Source: Chthoniobacteraceae bacterium
GTDB lineage: Bacteria > Verrucomicrobiota > Verrucomicrobiia > Chthoniobacterales > Chthoniobacteraceae
Direction of reading: 5' to 3'
NCBI GenBank assembly: GCA_031409335.1
Contig: JANNWY010000221.1
Coordinates: 1-20,581, forward strand
Length of the DNA stretch: 20,581 nt
Positions within the stretch are counted from its first letter, which is position 1; each line of letters opens with the position of its first letter. Shown here piece by piece: positions 8,043 to 15,736 of this stretch. The translations under genes and the position numbers were made by a program. The notes beneath the pieces are model-generated. The model had not been told where the DNA came from and searched no databases. It saw only the letters and a list, made by a program, of their open reading frames with translations.

Positions 8043-10402
8043 ATACCGACGATCCCAAACTCACAGCCTACGCGCTCGACGAACTCGATCCCGCCGGGCG
8101 CGCGGAAATCGAGCAAATGCTGCGCAACGATCCCGCCGCAGCCGCCGAAATGGAAGCGACACGCGCCTTCGCCGCGCAACTCCGCACGCGGCTGAAAGCC
8201 GAACGTGCCGACGGACTGCATCCGGCTCAGCGGGCGGAAGTGCTCGCGAGTGTCGTTGCGGATAGGCCGCGGAATGTCATCACTTTCTCGCGCCGAGCCG
8301 CAGTTTGGAGCGCGCTGGCGGCGAGTGTGCTCATCGGTGTCGGATGGGCGGTGATTTTCCCCGCGCTGAATCGTGTGGAGAAGAGCGGACGCCTCGCGGA
8401 AGCGCGCGTTCCCAACGGCCCGATCGCCACGATCACGGATGGTTCGCAGGTTCGTGTGCAGTTGGCTAGGGAGGACGAGTTGCTTGATGCGAAGAAGGTT
8501 GAGCTGACTCCGCCCGTGACCTCCCTGCCAGAGCCGCCCTCCGGGAGTCTGCCTCTTGCGTTGAAGGATTCCGATGGCGCGAGTGTCGGAGCCTTGTCCA
8601 TGCTGAATCTGTCCGACCCTGTGCCATACTTCAGGGGTCGCAGCGTGGAGGCAACTGCTCCCGACTCCTTGTCCATAGGTGGCGGCTACGTCGATCAACC
8701 CGCTGCTCCGAGCGAGGCACCGAAAACTGCAACGGTAACTGCGAACGGCAGCTTTTCGCAGCCTGCCGCCAAATCGGGAAAAGGCTATCTCGCCTCGAAC
8801 GACAAGGCTGGCGGATATCGTCTCGCCACGGTTCCGGCAAAGGCGAAGGCGCTCTACTTCACCGATGGGGAAAGCAGGACGACGACCGTGAGAACGTTGC
8901 GCAAGGACCGCTTCGGGGACGATTGGGACGCCGGCATCTCGAGGCATACAAACGAAGCCCCCGGCAGCGAGAGCTACGATGACGTTACCGACAACCCTTT
9001 CGCCAAAGTCACCGATGCGCCGCTCAGCACTTTTTCGATCGACGTGGATACGGCAAGCTATGCCAACGTGCGCCGTTTTCTAAACAGCAACCAACTCCCG
9101 CCAAAGGCCGCCGTCCGCATCGAGGAACTCGTGAACTACTTTCACTATGACTACCCACAGCCCGAGGGAGACGCTCCTTTCTCGTCCGCGATGGAAATCG
9201 CTTCCTGCCCGTGGGCTCCCGACCATCGGCTGCTGCGCGTTGCCTTGCACGGACGCGACATCGCCCGGGCGGCGCGGCCCGCGAGTAATCTCGTCTTCCT
9301 CATCGACGTGTCGGGCTCCATGCAGCCCGAGAATAAACTCCCGTTGCTCAAGCGCAGCCTCGCACTCATGGTCGATCAACTCGGCGACCGCGATCGTGTA
9401 GCCATCGTAGTTTACGCTGGCAGCGCCGGTTGCGTCCTCGAATCCACCCACAACAAGGATGCCATCCGTGCCGCGCTCGACCGGCTGGAAAGCGGCGGCT
9501 CGACCCACGGCAGCGAAGGCATCAAGCTGGCCTACCGGCTTGCCGAAAACCACTTCATCAAGGGCGGCACCAACCGTGTCATCCTGGCGACTGACGGCGA
9601 TTGGAATGTTGGCATCACGGACAAGGGTGATCTGTGGAAAATGATCGAACGCAAGGCTAAGAGCGGCGTCTTCCTCACGGTCCTCGGCTTTGGCATGGAT
9701 AACCTGAAGGACGACATGCTCGAAAAGCTGGCCGACAAAGGCAATGGTAACTATGCCTACATCGACACCCTTAACGAGGGTCGCAAAGTCCTCTGTGACG
9801 AACTCGGGGCGACGCTCATCACGATCGCGAAGGACGTAAAGATCCAGATCGAATTCAACCCCGCGCAGATCGCTGCCTACCGCCTCATCGGTTACGAAAA
9901 CCGGGTGATGACCGCAAAAGACTTTGCCGACGATACGAAGGATGCTGGCGAGATCGGCGCGGGCCATAGCGTCACCGCATTGTATGAAATCGTCCCGGCG
10001 GGAAAGGCGCTGCCCGCCCCTAAGGTGGAGCCATTGAAGTATCAGCCCGCACCCAGCGCGCCGACGGAGGAAAAACCTGAAATCAGAAACCCGAAACTAG
10101 AAAGCAACGACGAACTGCTGACCCTCAAGCTGCGCTACAAGGCCCCCGATGCAGAAACCAGCACGCTCCGCGAATATCCCTTCAAGGACGCCGGACGCAC
10201 CTTTGCCCAAAGCACACGCGACTTTCGCTTCGCCGCCGCTGTCGCGGGCTACGGAATGATCCTGCGCGATTCTCCGCACAAAGGCACCGCCAACTGGGCG
10301 CTTGTCCACGAACTGGCAGTGGAAGGCAAGGGCGAGGATCGCGACGGTTACCGGGCGGAATTTGTCGGGCTGGTGGAAAAAGCCCGCGCCGTTTCACGGT
10401 GA
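8039..10402 (+). CDS. Membrane protein with anti-sigma-like N-terminus, TM helix, linker and YfbK-like vWA region
   Basis: N-terminal LTAYALDEL...E, TM SALAASVLIGVGWAVIF, PLSTFSIDVDTASY, MIDAS DVSGSM, ILATDGD, YRLIGYENR and DAGEIGAGHSVTALYE. ATG 8039 overlaps the sigma stop. Confidence 0.88.
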   Translation: MNTDDPKLTAYALDELDPAGRAEIEQMLRNDPAAAAEMEATRAFAAQLRTRLKAERADGLHPAQRAEVLASVVADRPRNVITFSRRAAVWSALAASVLIGVGWAVIFPALNRVEKSGRLAEARVPNGPIATITDGSQVRVQLAREDELLDAKKVELTPPVTSLPEPPSGSLPLALKDSDGASVGALSMLNLSDPVPYFRGRSVEATAPDSLSIGGGYVDQPAAPSEAPKTATVTANGSFSQPAAKSGKGYLASNDKAGGYRLATVPAKAKALYFTDGESRTTTVRTLRKDRFGDDWDAGISRHTNEAPGSESYDDVTDNPFAKVTDAPLSTFSIDVDTASYANVRRFLNSNQLPPKAAVRIEELVNYFHYDYPQPEGDAPFSSAMEIASCPWAPDHRLLRVALHGRDIARAARPASNLVFLIDVSGSMQPENKLPLLKRSLALMVDQLGDRDRVAIVVYAGSAGCVLESTHNKDAIRAALDRLESGGSTHGSEGIKLAYRLAENHFIKGGTNRVILATDGDWNVGITDKGDLWKMIERKAKSGVFLTVLGFGMDNLKDDMLEKLADKGNGNYAYIDTLNEGRKVLCDELGATLITIAKDVKIQIEFNPAQIAAYRLIGYENRVMTAKDFADDTKDAGEIGAGHSVTALYEIVPAGKALPAPKVEPLKYQPAPSAPTEEKPEIRNPKLESNDELLTLKLRYKAPDAETSTLREYPFKDAGRTFAQSTRDFRFAAAVAGYGMILRDSPHKGTANWALVHELAVEGKGEDRDGYRAEFVGLVEKARAVSR
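10073..10107 (+). repeat. Degenerate heptamer tandem repeat (AAANNNG) inside the vWA gene
   Basis: AAACCTG-AAATCAG-AAACCCG-AAACTAG-AAAGCAA, translating as KPEIRNPKLES. Confidence 0.6.
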
Positions 10403-10565
10403 TCGCACCTCCGATCGGGTTTGCACGACATGGCTGTAGGAAATTGGACTACAAAAGAATCATCCAGAACCGCAGTTCAGATGTCGCTTTTGTACGATCT
10501 ATTTAGAGCATTAAAGAAACTTGCCATTTGGCATCCTCACCCAACACTCTGCCCATCTTTATCAT

Positions 10566-11378
10566 ATGAAACTCACTCACTTCATTTCTGCGTCAGCCGC
10601 ATTTGCACTCGCCGCCACCGCGACGTCGCACGCTACTTTTACGACCTTTGAGGCGACCGCCGGAGCGCCTGCGGGTCTAGTTGCCACCCGTGATGCCTTT
10701 CGCCTCGCCATCGGTGGCGGTGCGGTTGCCGGAGCCAATGGGAATTTCGGCGGCCTGCGCCGCGAGATCAATTGGGATGGTGTCCCGGCGGCATTCTCCG
10801 ACCCGAGTCTGCTGCCTGCAAATTTTTTCAATGTGAACTCACCCCGCGGGGTCGTTTTTAGCACTCCGGGCACCGGTTTTCTCGTCAGCGCGAATGCGCC
10901 TGGCTCGACGCTGTTTGGCTTTCCAAATGAATTCCAAACGTTCAGCTCCGAGAAACTATTCACGGCGGTGAGCAGCAACATCACCGATGTGGCGTTCTTT
11001 GTGCCCGGAACGAACGAACCTGCCACCACGAGCGCGTTCGGGGTGATCTTTACCGATGTGGAAGTCGCCGGTGCGACCAAGCTGGAGTTCTTCGACTTGG
11101 GCAATAGCCTCATCTATTCGCACGATGCGCTGGTCGCCGGAAATCAAGGGCTGACCTTCCTCGGTGCCATCGCAAATTCTGGCGAGCGAATCGGTCGTGT
11201 GCGGATCACGGCGGGGGCTAACACGATTCTTTCCAACGGCGTGCTTGGCAGTCTGAATCCCGATGTCGTCGCGATGGACGACTTTCTCTATGCGACACCG
11301 ATCGCCGTTCCCGAGCCCGGCACCGCGCTCTTCGGCCTCGCGCTCGTGGGAATCGCTGCTACGCGCCGTCGTCGGTAA
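10566..11378 (+). CDS. PEP-CTERM sorting-domain surface protein
   Basis: Signal peptide MKLTHFISASAAFALAATATSHA, an REINWDGVP...FFNVNSPRG domain, and tail VPEPGTALFGLALVGIAATRRRR. Confidence 0.9.
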   Translation: MKLTHFISASAAFALAATATSHATFTTFEATAGAPAGLVATRDAFRLAIGGGAVAGANGNFGGLRREINWDGVPAAFSDPSLLPANFFNVNSPRGVVFSTPGTGFLVSANAPGSTLFGFPNEFQTFSSEKLFTAVSSNITDVAFFVPGTNEPATTSAFGVIFTDVEVAGATKLEFFDLGNSLIYSHDALVAGNQGLTFLGAIANSGERIGRVRITAGANTILSNGVLGSLNPDVVAMDDFLYATPIAVPEPGTALFGLALVGIAATRRRR

Positions 11379-11406
11379 TCGCGAACTCACTCGGACCAAT
11401 CCCCGT

Positions 11407-11447
11407 CTGCGCCCCGCTGGCTTTGGCCGTCGGGGCGCAGTCATTTT
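11407..11447 (+). terminator. Probable intrinsic terminator
   Basis: CTGCGCCCCG / CGGGGCGCAG 10-bp stem followed by TCATTTT, 28 nt after the stop. Confidence 0.6.
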
Positions 11448-11677
11448 GCCCGGAAACGAAGTCGGCGAATCTCGCGGACCTGCGCGGACCGGCCCAACTT
11501 GGACGAGGCCAGGGTGTGAATCGCGAAGGGCACGGAACCCCCTTCGCGCTCTCCCGATTTGATGGGAGCATAGCCACTCGCCACCGTGGTTTTCTCTAAG
11601 CGATTTTGACGCAACTTTGCCCGAGGTGATGGGTTAATGGCTGAACTTCCCGCACCCAAACATTCATCCTCCCTTTC

Positions 11678-12559
11678 ATGAAAATCACTTTGCAGAACTC
11701 CATCGCCACCACCGCCGCGCTCCTGCTCACTGCTTCGGCAGGGCGCGCGCAAACCGCGTATGCCCTCGCCGAAGGTGGCACTGCGCTGATCAAATTCGAC
11801 CTCGCGACCCCGGCGAACGCCATGGTCGTCGGCAATTTCAGCGGTGCCAGCGTTCGCATCGACAGCATTGACTTTCGCCCTCAAAACGGCCTGCTCTATG
11901 GCTATTCGCGCGGGGACACGATCGTCACGATCAACCTCGAAACCGCGAGCACGACTTTCGTTTCCACCCCGACATCGGTTTCCACTACGAACAATCTTGG
12001 AATTGATTTCAATCCCGTCGCCGACCGGCTGCGGCTGGTGAATGGGGCCGATCAAAACCTCCGGATCAACGTGGCCAATGGCGCAACGAATGTCGATGGA
12101 CCGCTTGCTTACATTGCCGGCGATCCTGCTTTTGGCATCAATCCGATGATCAACGAAGTGGCCTACACCAACAGCGACCTCAACCCTGCCACGCCGACGA
12201 GGCTTTTCTATATCGACTTCGGGCGGGACGCGCTGGTGAGCACGCTGAATCCGAATGAAGGCGCGCTCGCAACGGTGGGGCCGCTCGGGATCAATGCCGG
12301 CGAGCTGACGGGCTTCGACATCCTTTCGGATGGCTTTGGCGAGAACAGTGCCTTCGCGATCCTCAGCCCGGTGGGCAGCATGGCGTCGCTTTACCGAATC
12401 CGGCTCGACACAGGAGCCGCGACTGCGGTGGGTAACATCGGCCAACCCGCCGTCGGACGCCCCTTCAGCCTTGCCATCGTGCAGCCCGTTCCGGAGGCTG
12501 GCAGTGCGCTCTTCGGCCTCGCGCTGCTAGGAGTAACGGCAATCCGCCGCCGCCACTAG
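11678..12559 (+). CDS. DUF4394-like domain protein with PEP-CTERM tail
   Basis: Signal peptide, IDFRP.NG.LYG, GIDFNPVADRLRLV, QNLRINV and AYTNS motifs. Tail VPEAGSALFGLALLGVTAIRRRH. Confidence 0.88.
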   Translation: MKITLQNSIATTAALLLTASAGRAQTAYALAEGGTALIKFDLATPANAMVVGNFSGASVRIDSIDFRPQNGLLYGYSRGDTIVTINLETASTTFVSTPTSVSTTNNLGIDFNPVADRLRLVNGADQNLRINVANGATNVDGPLAYIAGDPAFGINPMINEVAYTNSDLNPATPTRLFYIDFGRDALVSTLNPNEGALATVGPLGINAGELTGFDILSDGFGENSAFAILSPVGSMASLYRIRLDTGAATAVGNIGQPAVGRPFSLAIVQPVPEAGSALFGLALLGVTAIRRRH

Positions 12560-12585
12560 ACGAGCTTTCCAAATCGCCCGATCCT

Positions 12586-12604
12586 ACGCTCTCAAGTAGA
12601 GCGT
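12586..12604. terminator. Short hairpin between convergent PEP-CTERM genes
   Basis: ACGCTCT-CAAGT-AGAGCGT with no U-tract. Confidence 0.3.
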
Positions 12605-12637
12605 CGTCATGAGGATGAATTCGTCCCGTCTCCATTT

Positions 12638-12755
12638 TTCGATCGGCCCGAACAATTCAAGGAACTTCGCCAATCCCAAATCCGGGCATGAAGTCAGCCA
12701 CAGCTTTCAATCCCGGATTAGGGCTAACTTCGTCGGAACTCCAGCCGAGTCCGAA
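12638..12755 (-). ncRNA. Candidate long-hairpin RNA or element of unknown family
   Basis: CCCAAATCCGGG 12675..12686 / CCCGGATTAGGG 12712..12723 (11 of 12 paired), inner TGAA/TTCA stem and outer TCGGC/GCCGA stem. Extra G-U pairs favour the minus strand. TTGACT at 12784..12779. Confidence 0.35.
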
Positions 12756-12789
12756 CATTCCCCCGAAATTGGAATTCAAGTCAAACTTC

Positions 12790-13344
12790 TCAACGCCGCC
12801 GGATCGCTGCGATTCCGACCAGCGCCAGTCCGAAGAGTGCCGTGCCAGGTTCGGGGACGGCGGCCGGGATGGACGCATTTGTGGAAGAGAAGCTAAACGT
12901 GGAGCCGAGCGTATTGGCACTCAAAATCCATGTCCCAGGAGTATTATCCCTCCCGGCCATGTGCGCGGTGCCAGTCCCCGTGAGGAGCAGGATGCTTGGC
13001 GACTCGAAATCAATGTTGACCGTGAGCAAGTCGAACGACGTTCCGAGAGCCGAAGGTATGGACCAGAGTGGGACCACTCCGCCGACTGGCAGCGGATCGA
13101 ATGAGAACGCGGAATGGACGACGGCGGCACCAGCCAATCCGAAGTAATCGCCGGTCGGGTTCGCACTGACGGTCACGCCAGTAAAGCTGAGGAACCGGGT
13201 GGCAAACGTCAGGTCGGTATTGTCGATCGTGTAGCTGCCGGCAAAGGAAATCTCTCCTGCAATGAGAGTTGCCGATGCGTCGTCACTCAGTAGGCCGCTG
13301 AGGACCAATACTAGAGGTGCGGCGGATGTGATAAAATGTCTCAT
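12790..13344 (-). CDS. PEP-CTERM sorting-domain surface protein
   Basis: Signal peptide ending DASA, a beta-rich domain (I.GEISFAG...GTGT...TPGTW), and tail VPEPGTALFGLALVGIAAIRRR. Confidence 0.9.
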   Translation of the reverse strand: MRHFITSAAPLVLVLSGLLSDDASATLIAGEISFAGSYTIDNTDLTFATRFLSFTGVTVSANPTGDYFGLAGAAVVHSAFSFDPLPVGGVVPLWSIPSALGTSFDLLTVNIDFESPSILLLTGTGTAHMAGRDNTPGTWILSANTLGSTFSFSSTNASIPAAVPEPGTALFGLALVGIAAIRRR

Positions 13345-13394
13345 GCAGATTTTTTGGGTGGGTGTTGGGATCGGGTTGTGGCGGCACGCATGTT

Positions 13395-13411
13395 AGCAAC
13401 AGTTGCGCCAA
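13395..13411 (-). promoter_or_regulatory. Sigma-54 (-24/-12) promoter
   Basis: TTGGCGCAACTGTTGCT with exact GG-N10-GC spacing, 50 nt upstream of the PEP-CTERM ATG. Confidence 0.75.
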
Positions 13412-13497
13412 CGGCTCTTAATGTATCATAAGTCACTTATCTTCAATGGATTACAAATGTTATCAGAATTGATAAGTGCCCGCAACGGCGCGCTGAA

Positions 13498-13604
13498 TGT
13501 AAAGTGTTCTGACTGTATTTCATACGGTGCTCCATGCATTCGATGTAAGTCCCTATTTGGCAAAGACATCGCGATCAATCAGCGGCTTGTAAGATTTTCT
13601 GACA
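13498..13604. promoter_or_regulatory. Two enhancer-like dyads (TGTAA-N7-TGAC)
   Basis: TGTAAAGTGTTCTGACT at 13498..13514 and TGTAAGATTTTCTGACA at 13588..13604, upstream of the sigma-54 site. An AT-rich, IHF-like tract lies at ~13425..13460. Confidence 0.55.
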
Positions 13605-13776
13605 ATTACAACGCACTCCGGAAGCGATGACAAGTGGAGAAAAATACCGGTAGAACTCGCTGGAATCTTGAAACTCTGAACCTTCAAACTACCGTTCCCG
13701 ATCAAAGCAGCCGATGAGCGCGAAGAGGGATTGAGTTCACGAACCTCCAAGGCACCGCCTGACGCGACGAAAACGC

Positions 13777-14163
13777 TTACGCCGGCACTTTCACGCCGAT
13801 CGAGATGATCCGACCGATTGTCTCAATCAAGTTTGCGTTTTTGAACGGTTTCACCAAGCAATCGCGAACGCCGGGCAGCGTGATTTCGTCGCTGTTTCCA
13901 CGTTTTGCCTCCGCGATGAGCATGACTATCGGGACCTCCGCAAGCGCAACGTCCTCGTGCAACCGGGCACACATCGTCGCGCCGTCCATTGCCGGCATGG
14001 CCGCGTCGATGATGATCAAGTCCGGCATTTCCCGGGCAGCAAGAGCGAGCCCTTCTTCACCATTCCCCGCTTCGAGCACCTCGCAGTCGCATTCATTCAA
14101 CACCCGGGTGACGATTGCACGGATCGTTTTGCTGTCATCAACGATAAGGATTTTCTGGGACAT
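13777..14163 (-). CDS. Single-domain CheY-like response regulator
   Basis: KILIVDDS, PDLIIID..MP.MDG and KPF motifs. The conserved Thr/Ser is replaced by Ile (MLIAE). Confidence 0.88.
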   Translation of the reverse strand: MSQKILIVDDSKTIRAIVTRVLNECDCEVLEAGNGEEGLALAAREMPDLIIIDAAMPAMDGATMCARLHEDVALAEVPIVMLIAEAKRGNSDEITLPGVRDCLVKPFKNANLIETIGRIISIGVKVPA

Positions 14164-14326
14164 TGCGGCGGGATATTTTTTGGAATCGGCAACTTACCAT
14201 CAGCAAATCCAGAGCCACCAAACCGGTGGGCGCGCTGCCTGCCGCTTTGTGCAAAGGCGACAAGCCGGAACCGTCGCCAACGCCCCCGTTTTCGATGAGC
14301 GCCCTCTACATGTGCTTTGAGATTGA

Positions 14327-14354
14327 TTGACACATTTTGCCGGCTTTCTACTCT
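14327..14354 (+). promoter_or_regulatory. Putative sigma-70 promoter
   Basis: TTGACA-N16-TACTCT, followed by hairpin GCCCGCC/GGCGGGC at 14367..14390. Confidence 0.55.
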
Positions 14355-14434
14355 CCGACTTTCAAAGCCCGCCGTCTGAATGTGGCGGGCGCAACTTTCA
14401 ATCAGCCCGACCTCAGCGAATAAATAATCCCGGT

Positions 14435-15622
14435 ATGTCTCAGAAAATCTTGGTGATCGACGACAGTTTGGCGGCCTCGAAACTTGCGGAAACAGTTCTG
14501 GCCCAGAACTTCGGAGCGGTGGACGTGCTGGTTGCGCAACGCGGGGCGGATGCATTTGACCGCTTCAACATGGCGCAGCCCGATCTCATCGTGCTGAACG
14601 AAACGATGCCCGATCTCGACGGCGAGTCGATCTGCATGCGCCTGCTGAATGATCCGCTCACGGCCAAGGTGCCCGTGGTCGTGATGGCGACCAATGGCAA
14701 CGCCGAGAATTTCGAGGAGCGCTATACGAACGTGATGAAGGTGCTGCCGAAGCCCGTCACCGCGGAGTCGCTGCTGGAGGTTTGCACCACCGCGCTGGGG
14801 AAAGCGAAGTCGCCCGTCGATCCGCGCCGCGCGATGCTTTTTCACGATCCCTCGCGGACGATTTTCAGCGGCCACACCGGATTTTTCTCGCTGCGTTCCG
14901 CACTGCAAATGGCTTTCGGCGACAAGCTCACTGGCGTCCTGCGTTTCTTCGTCAATCGCTATCCGATCGAGTTGTTCGTCTCGAAGGGTCGCTTCCTGTT
15001 CGCGACCTCGCGGAATTTCCAACTCTACTGCCGCGAGTCCCCCGTCATCCTTTCCGCGACAAATCTCGGCACCATCATCGAAGGTCAGACGACGCAGCAG
15101 GCCACTGGCTGTCCGATCTTTCTTTTCCTCTCGCTGCGCGGTGGCTTCCCGCACGACGACGTGGTGCAAATCACCCGCGATCACGGCCAGCGCGTCTTCT
15201 CGAATCTGTGGACCGCGGGCCGCGTCGGCTTTGAGTTCGAGGAACTCACGCAGTTTCCCGACTACGCAAAAAGTTTCCCGGCCTCCGCCGAAGACCCCGA
15301 CAACTGGACGCTGGCCAGCCTGCGCTACATCAAGTTTGAAAACCTCATGGGTTCGCAGCGGCCCGATCCAAACGGCAGCCCCGCCTACACGCGGAAAGGC
15401 TACGAACTCATCCAAAAGCTCAAGCTCAACGACATCGAAGCCCGCTTCGCGACCGCGGTGAACGGTGCAGAATCGCTCCAGGCAATCGCCAAAAAAATCG
15501 GCATCCCGCTCAACGACGCGCTGCTCATCGTCTTCCGCTTTCTGGCTCTCGACATCATCGACTACTGGAGCTCGAACGTCCTCTCCCTCCCCGGCGCTCA
15601 GCCGCAGCAGGCTCCCGCGTAG
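14435..15622 (+). CDS. Pseudo-receiver plus DUF4388/PATAN-like domain protein
   Basis: Receiver KILVIDDS...PDLIVLNETMP with the phosphoacceptor D replaced by N. Then FSGHTGFFSLRSALQM...TGVLRF...LFVSKGRFLFATS and a winged-helix-like C-terminus. Start at ATG 14435. Confidence 0.8.
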   Translation: MSQKILVIDDSLAASKLAETVLAQNFGAVDVLVAQRGADAFDRFNMAQPDLIVLNETMPDLDGESICMRLLNDPLTAKVPVVVMATNGNAENFEERYTNVMKVLPKPVTAESLLEVCTTALGKAKSPVDPRRAMLFHDPSRTIFSGHTGFFSLRSALQMAFGDKLTGVLRFFVNRYPIELFVSKGRFLFATSRNFQLYCRESPVILSATNLGTIIEGQTTQQATGCPIFLFLSLRGGFPHDDVVQITRDHGQRVFSNLWTAGRVGFEFEELTQFPDYAKSFPASAEDPDNWTLASLRYIKFENLMGSQRPDPNGSPAYTRKGYELIQKLKLNDIEARFATAVNGAESLQAIAKKIGIPLNDALLIVFRFLALDIIDYWSSNVLSLPGAQPQQAPA

Positions 15623-15684
15623 CGAAACCGGAGTGGCAACTGGCACCGCGATCAAGCGCCGCTTGTCAGCGATGGCGCGCTGTC

Positions 15685-15712
15685 TTGACTTCGACCGCTC
15701 GGCTCCTAGTCT
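15685..15712 (+). promoter_or_regulatory. Putative sigma-70 promoter of tkt
   Basis: TTGACT-N16-TAGTCT, 24 nt before the ATG. Confidence 0.55.
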
Positions 15713-15736
15713 CGCGGCCTTTTCTCCTTACGAATC

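Noticed and set aside
12690..12748. Fluoride riboswitch-like pattern on the minus strand (TCGG-CTGGAGTT-CCGA...TGACTTC)
   Set aside because: The conserved GATG is GCTG here, the ATGAC element is incomplete, and no co-oriented downstream gene exists.
13553..13750. 65-aa ORF, and a GGTTCG...AATCCC tRNA-like fragment on the minus strand
   Set aside because: No cloverleaf forms, the ORF has no recognisable motif, and it overlaps the enhancer dyad.
14402..15655. Long antisense and alternate-frame ORFs (also 5148..5867, 7901..8947, 9080..9967, 11441..12445, 15761..16702, 17759..18682)
   Set aside because: These are shadow ORFs typical of GC-rich coding DNA opposite well-supported genes.
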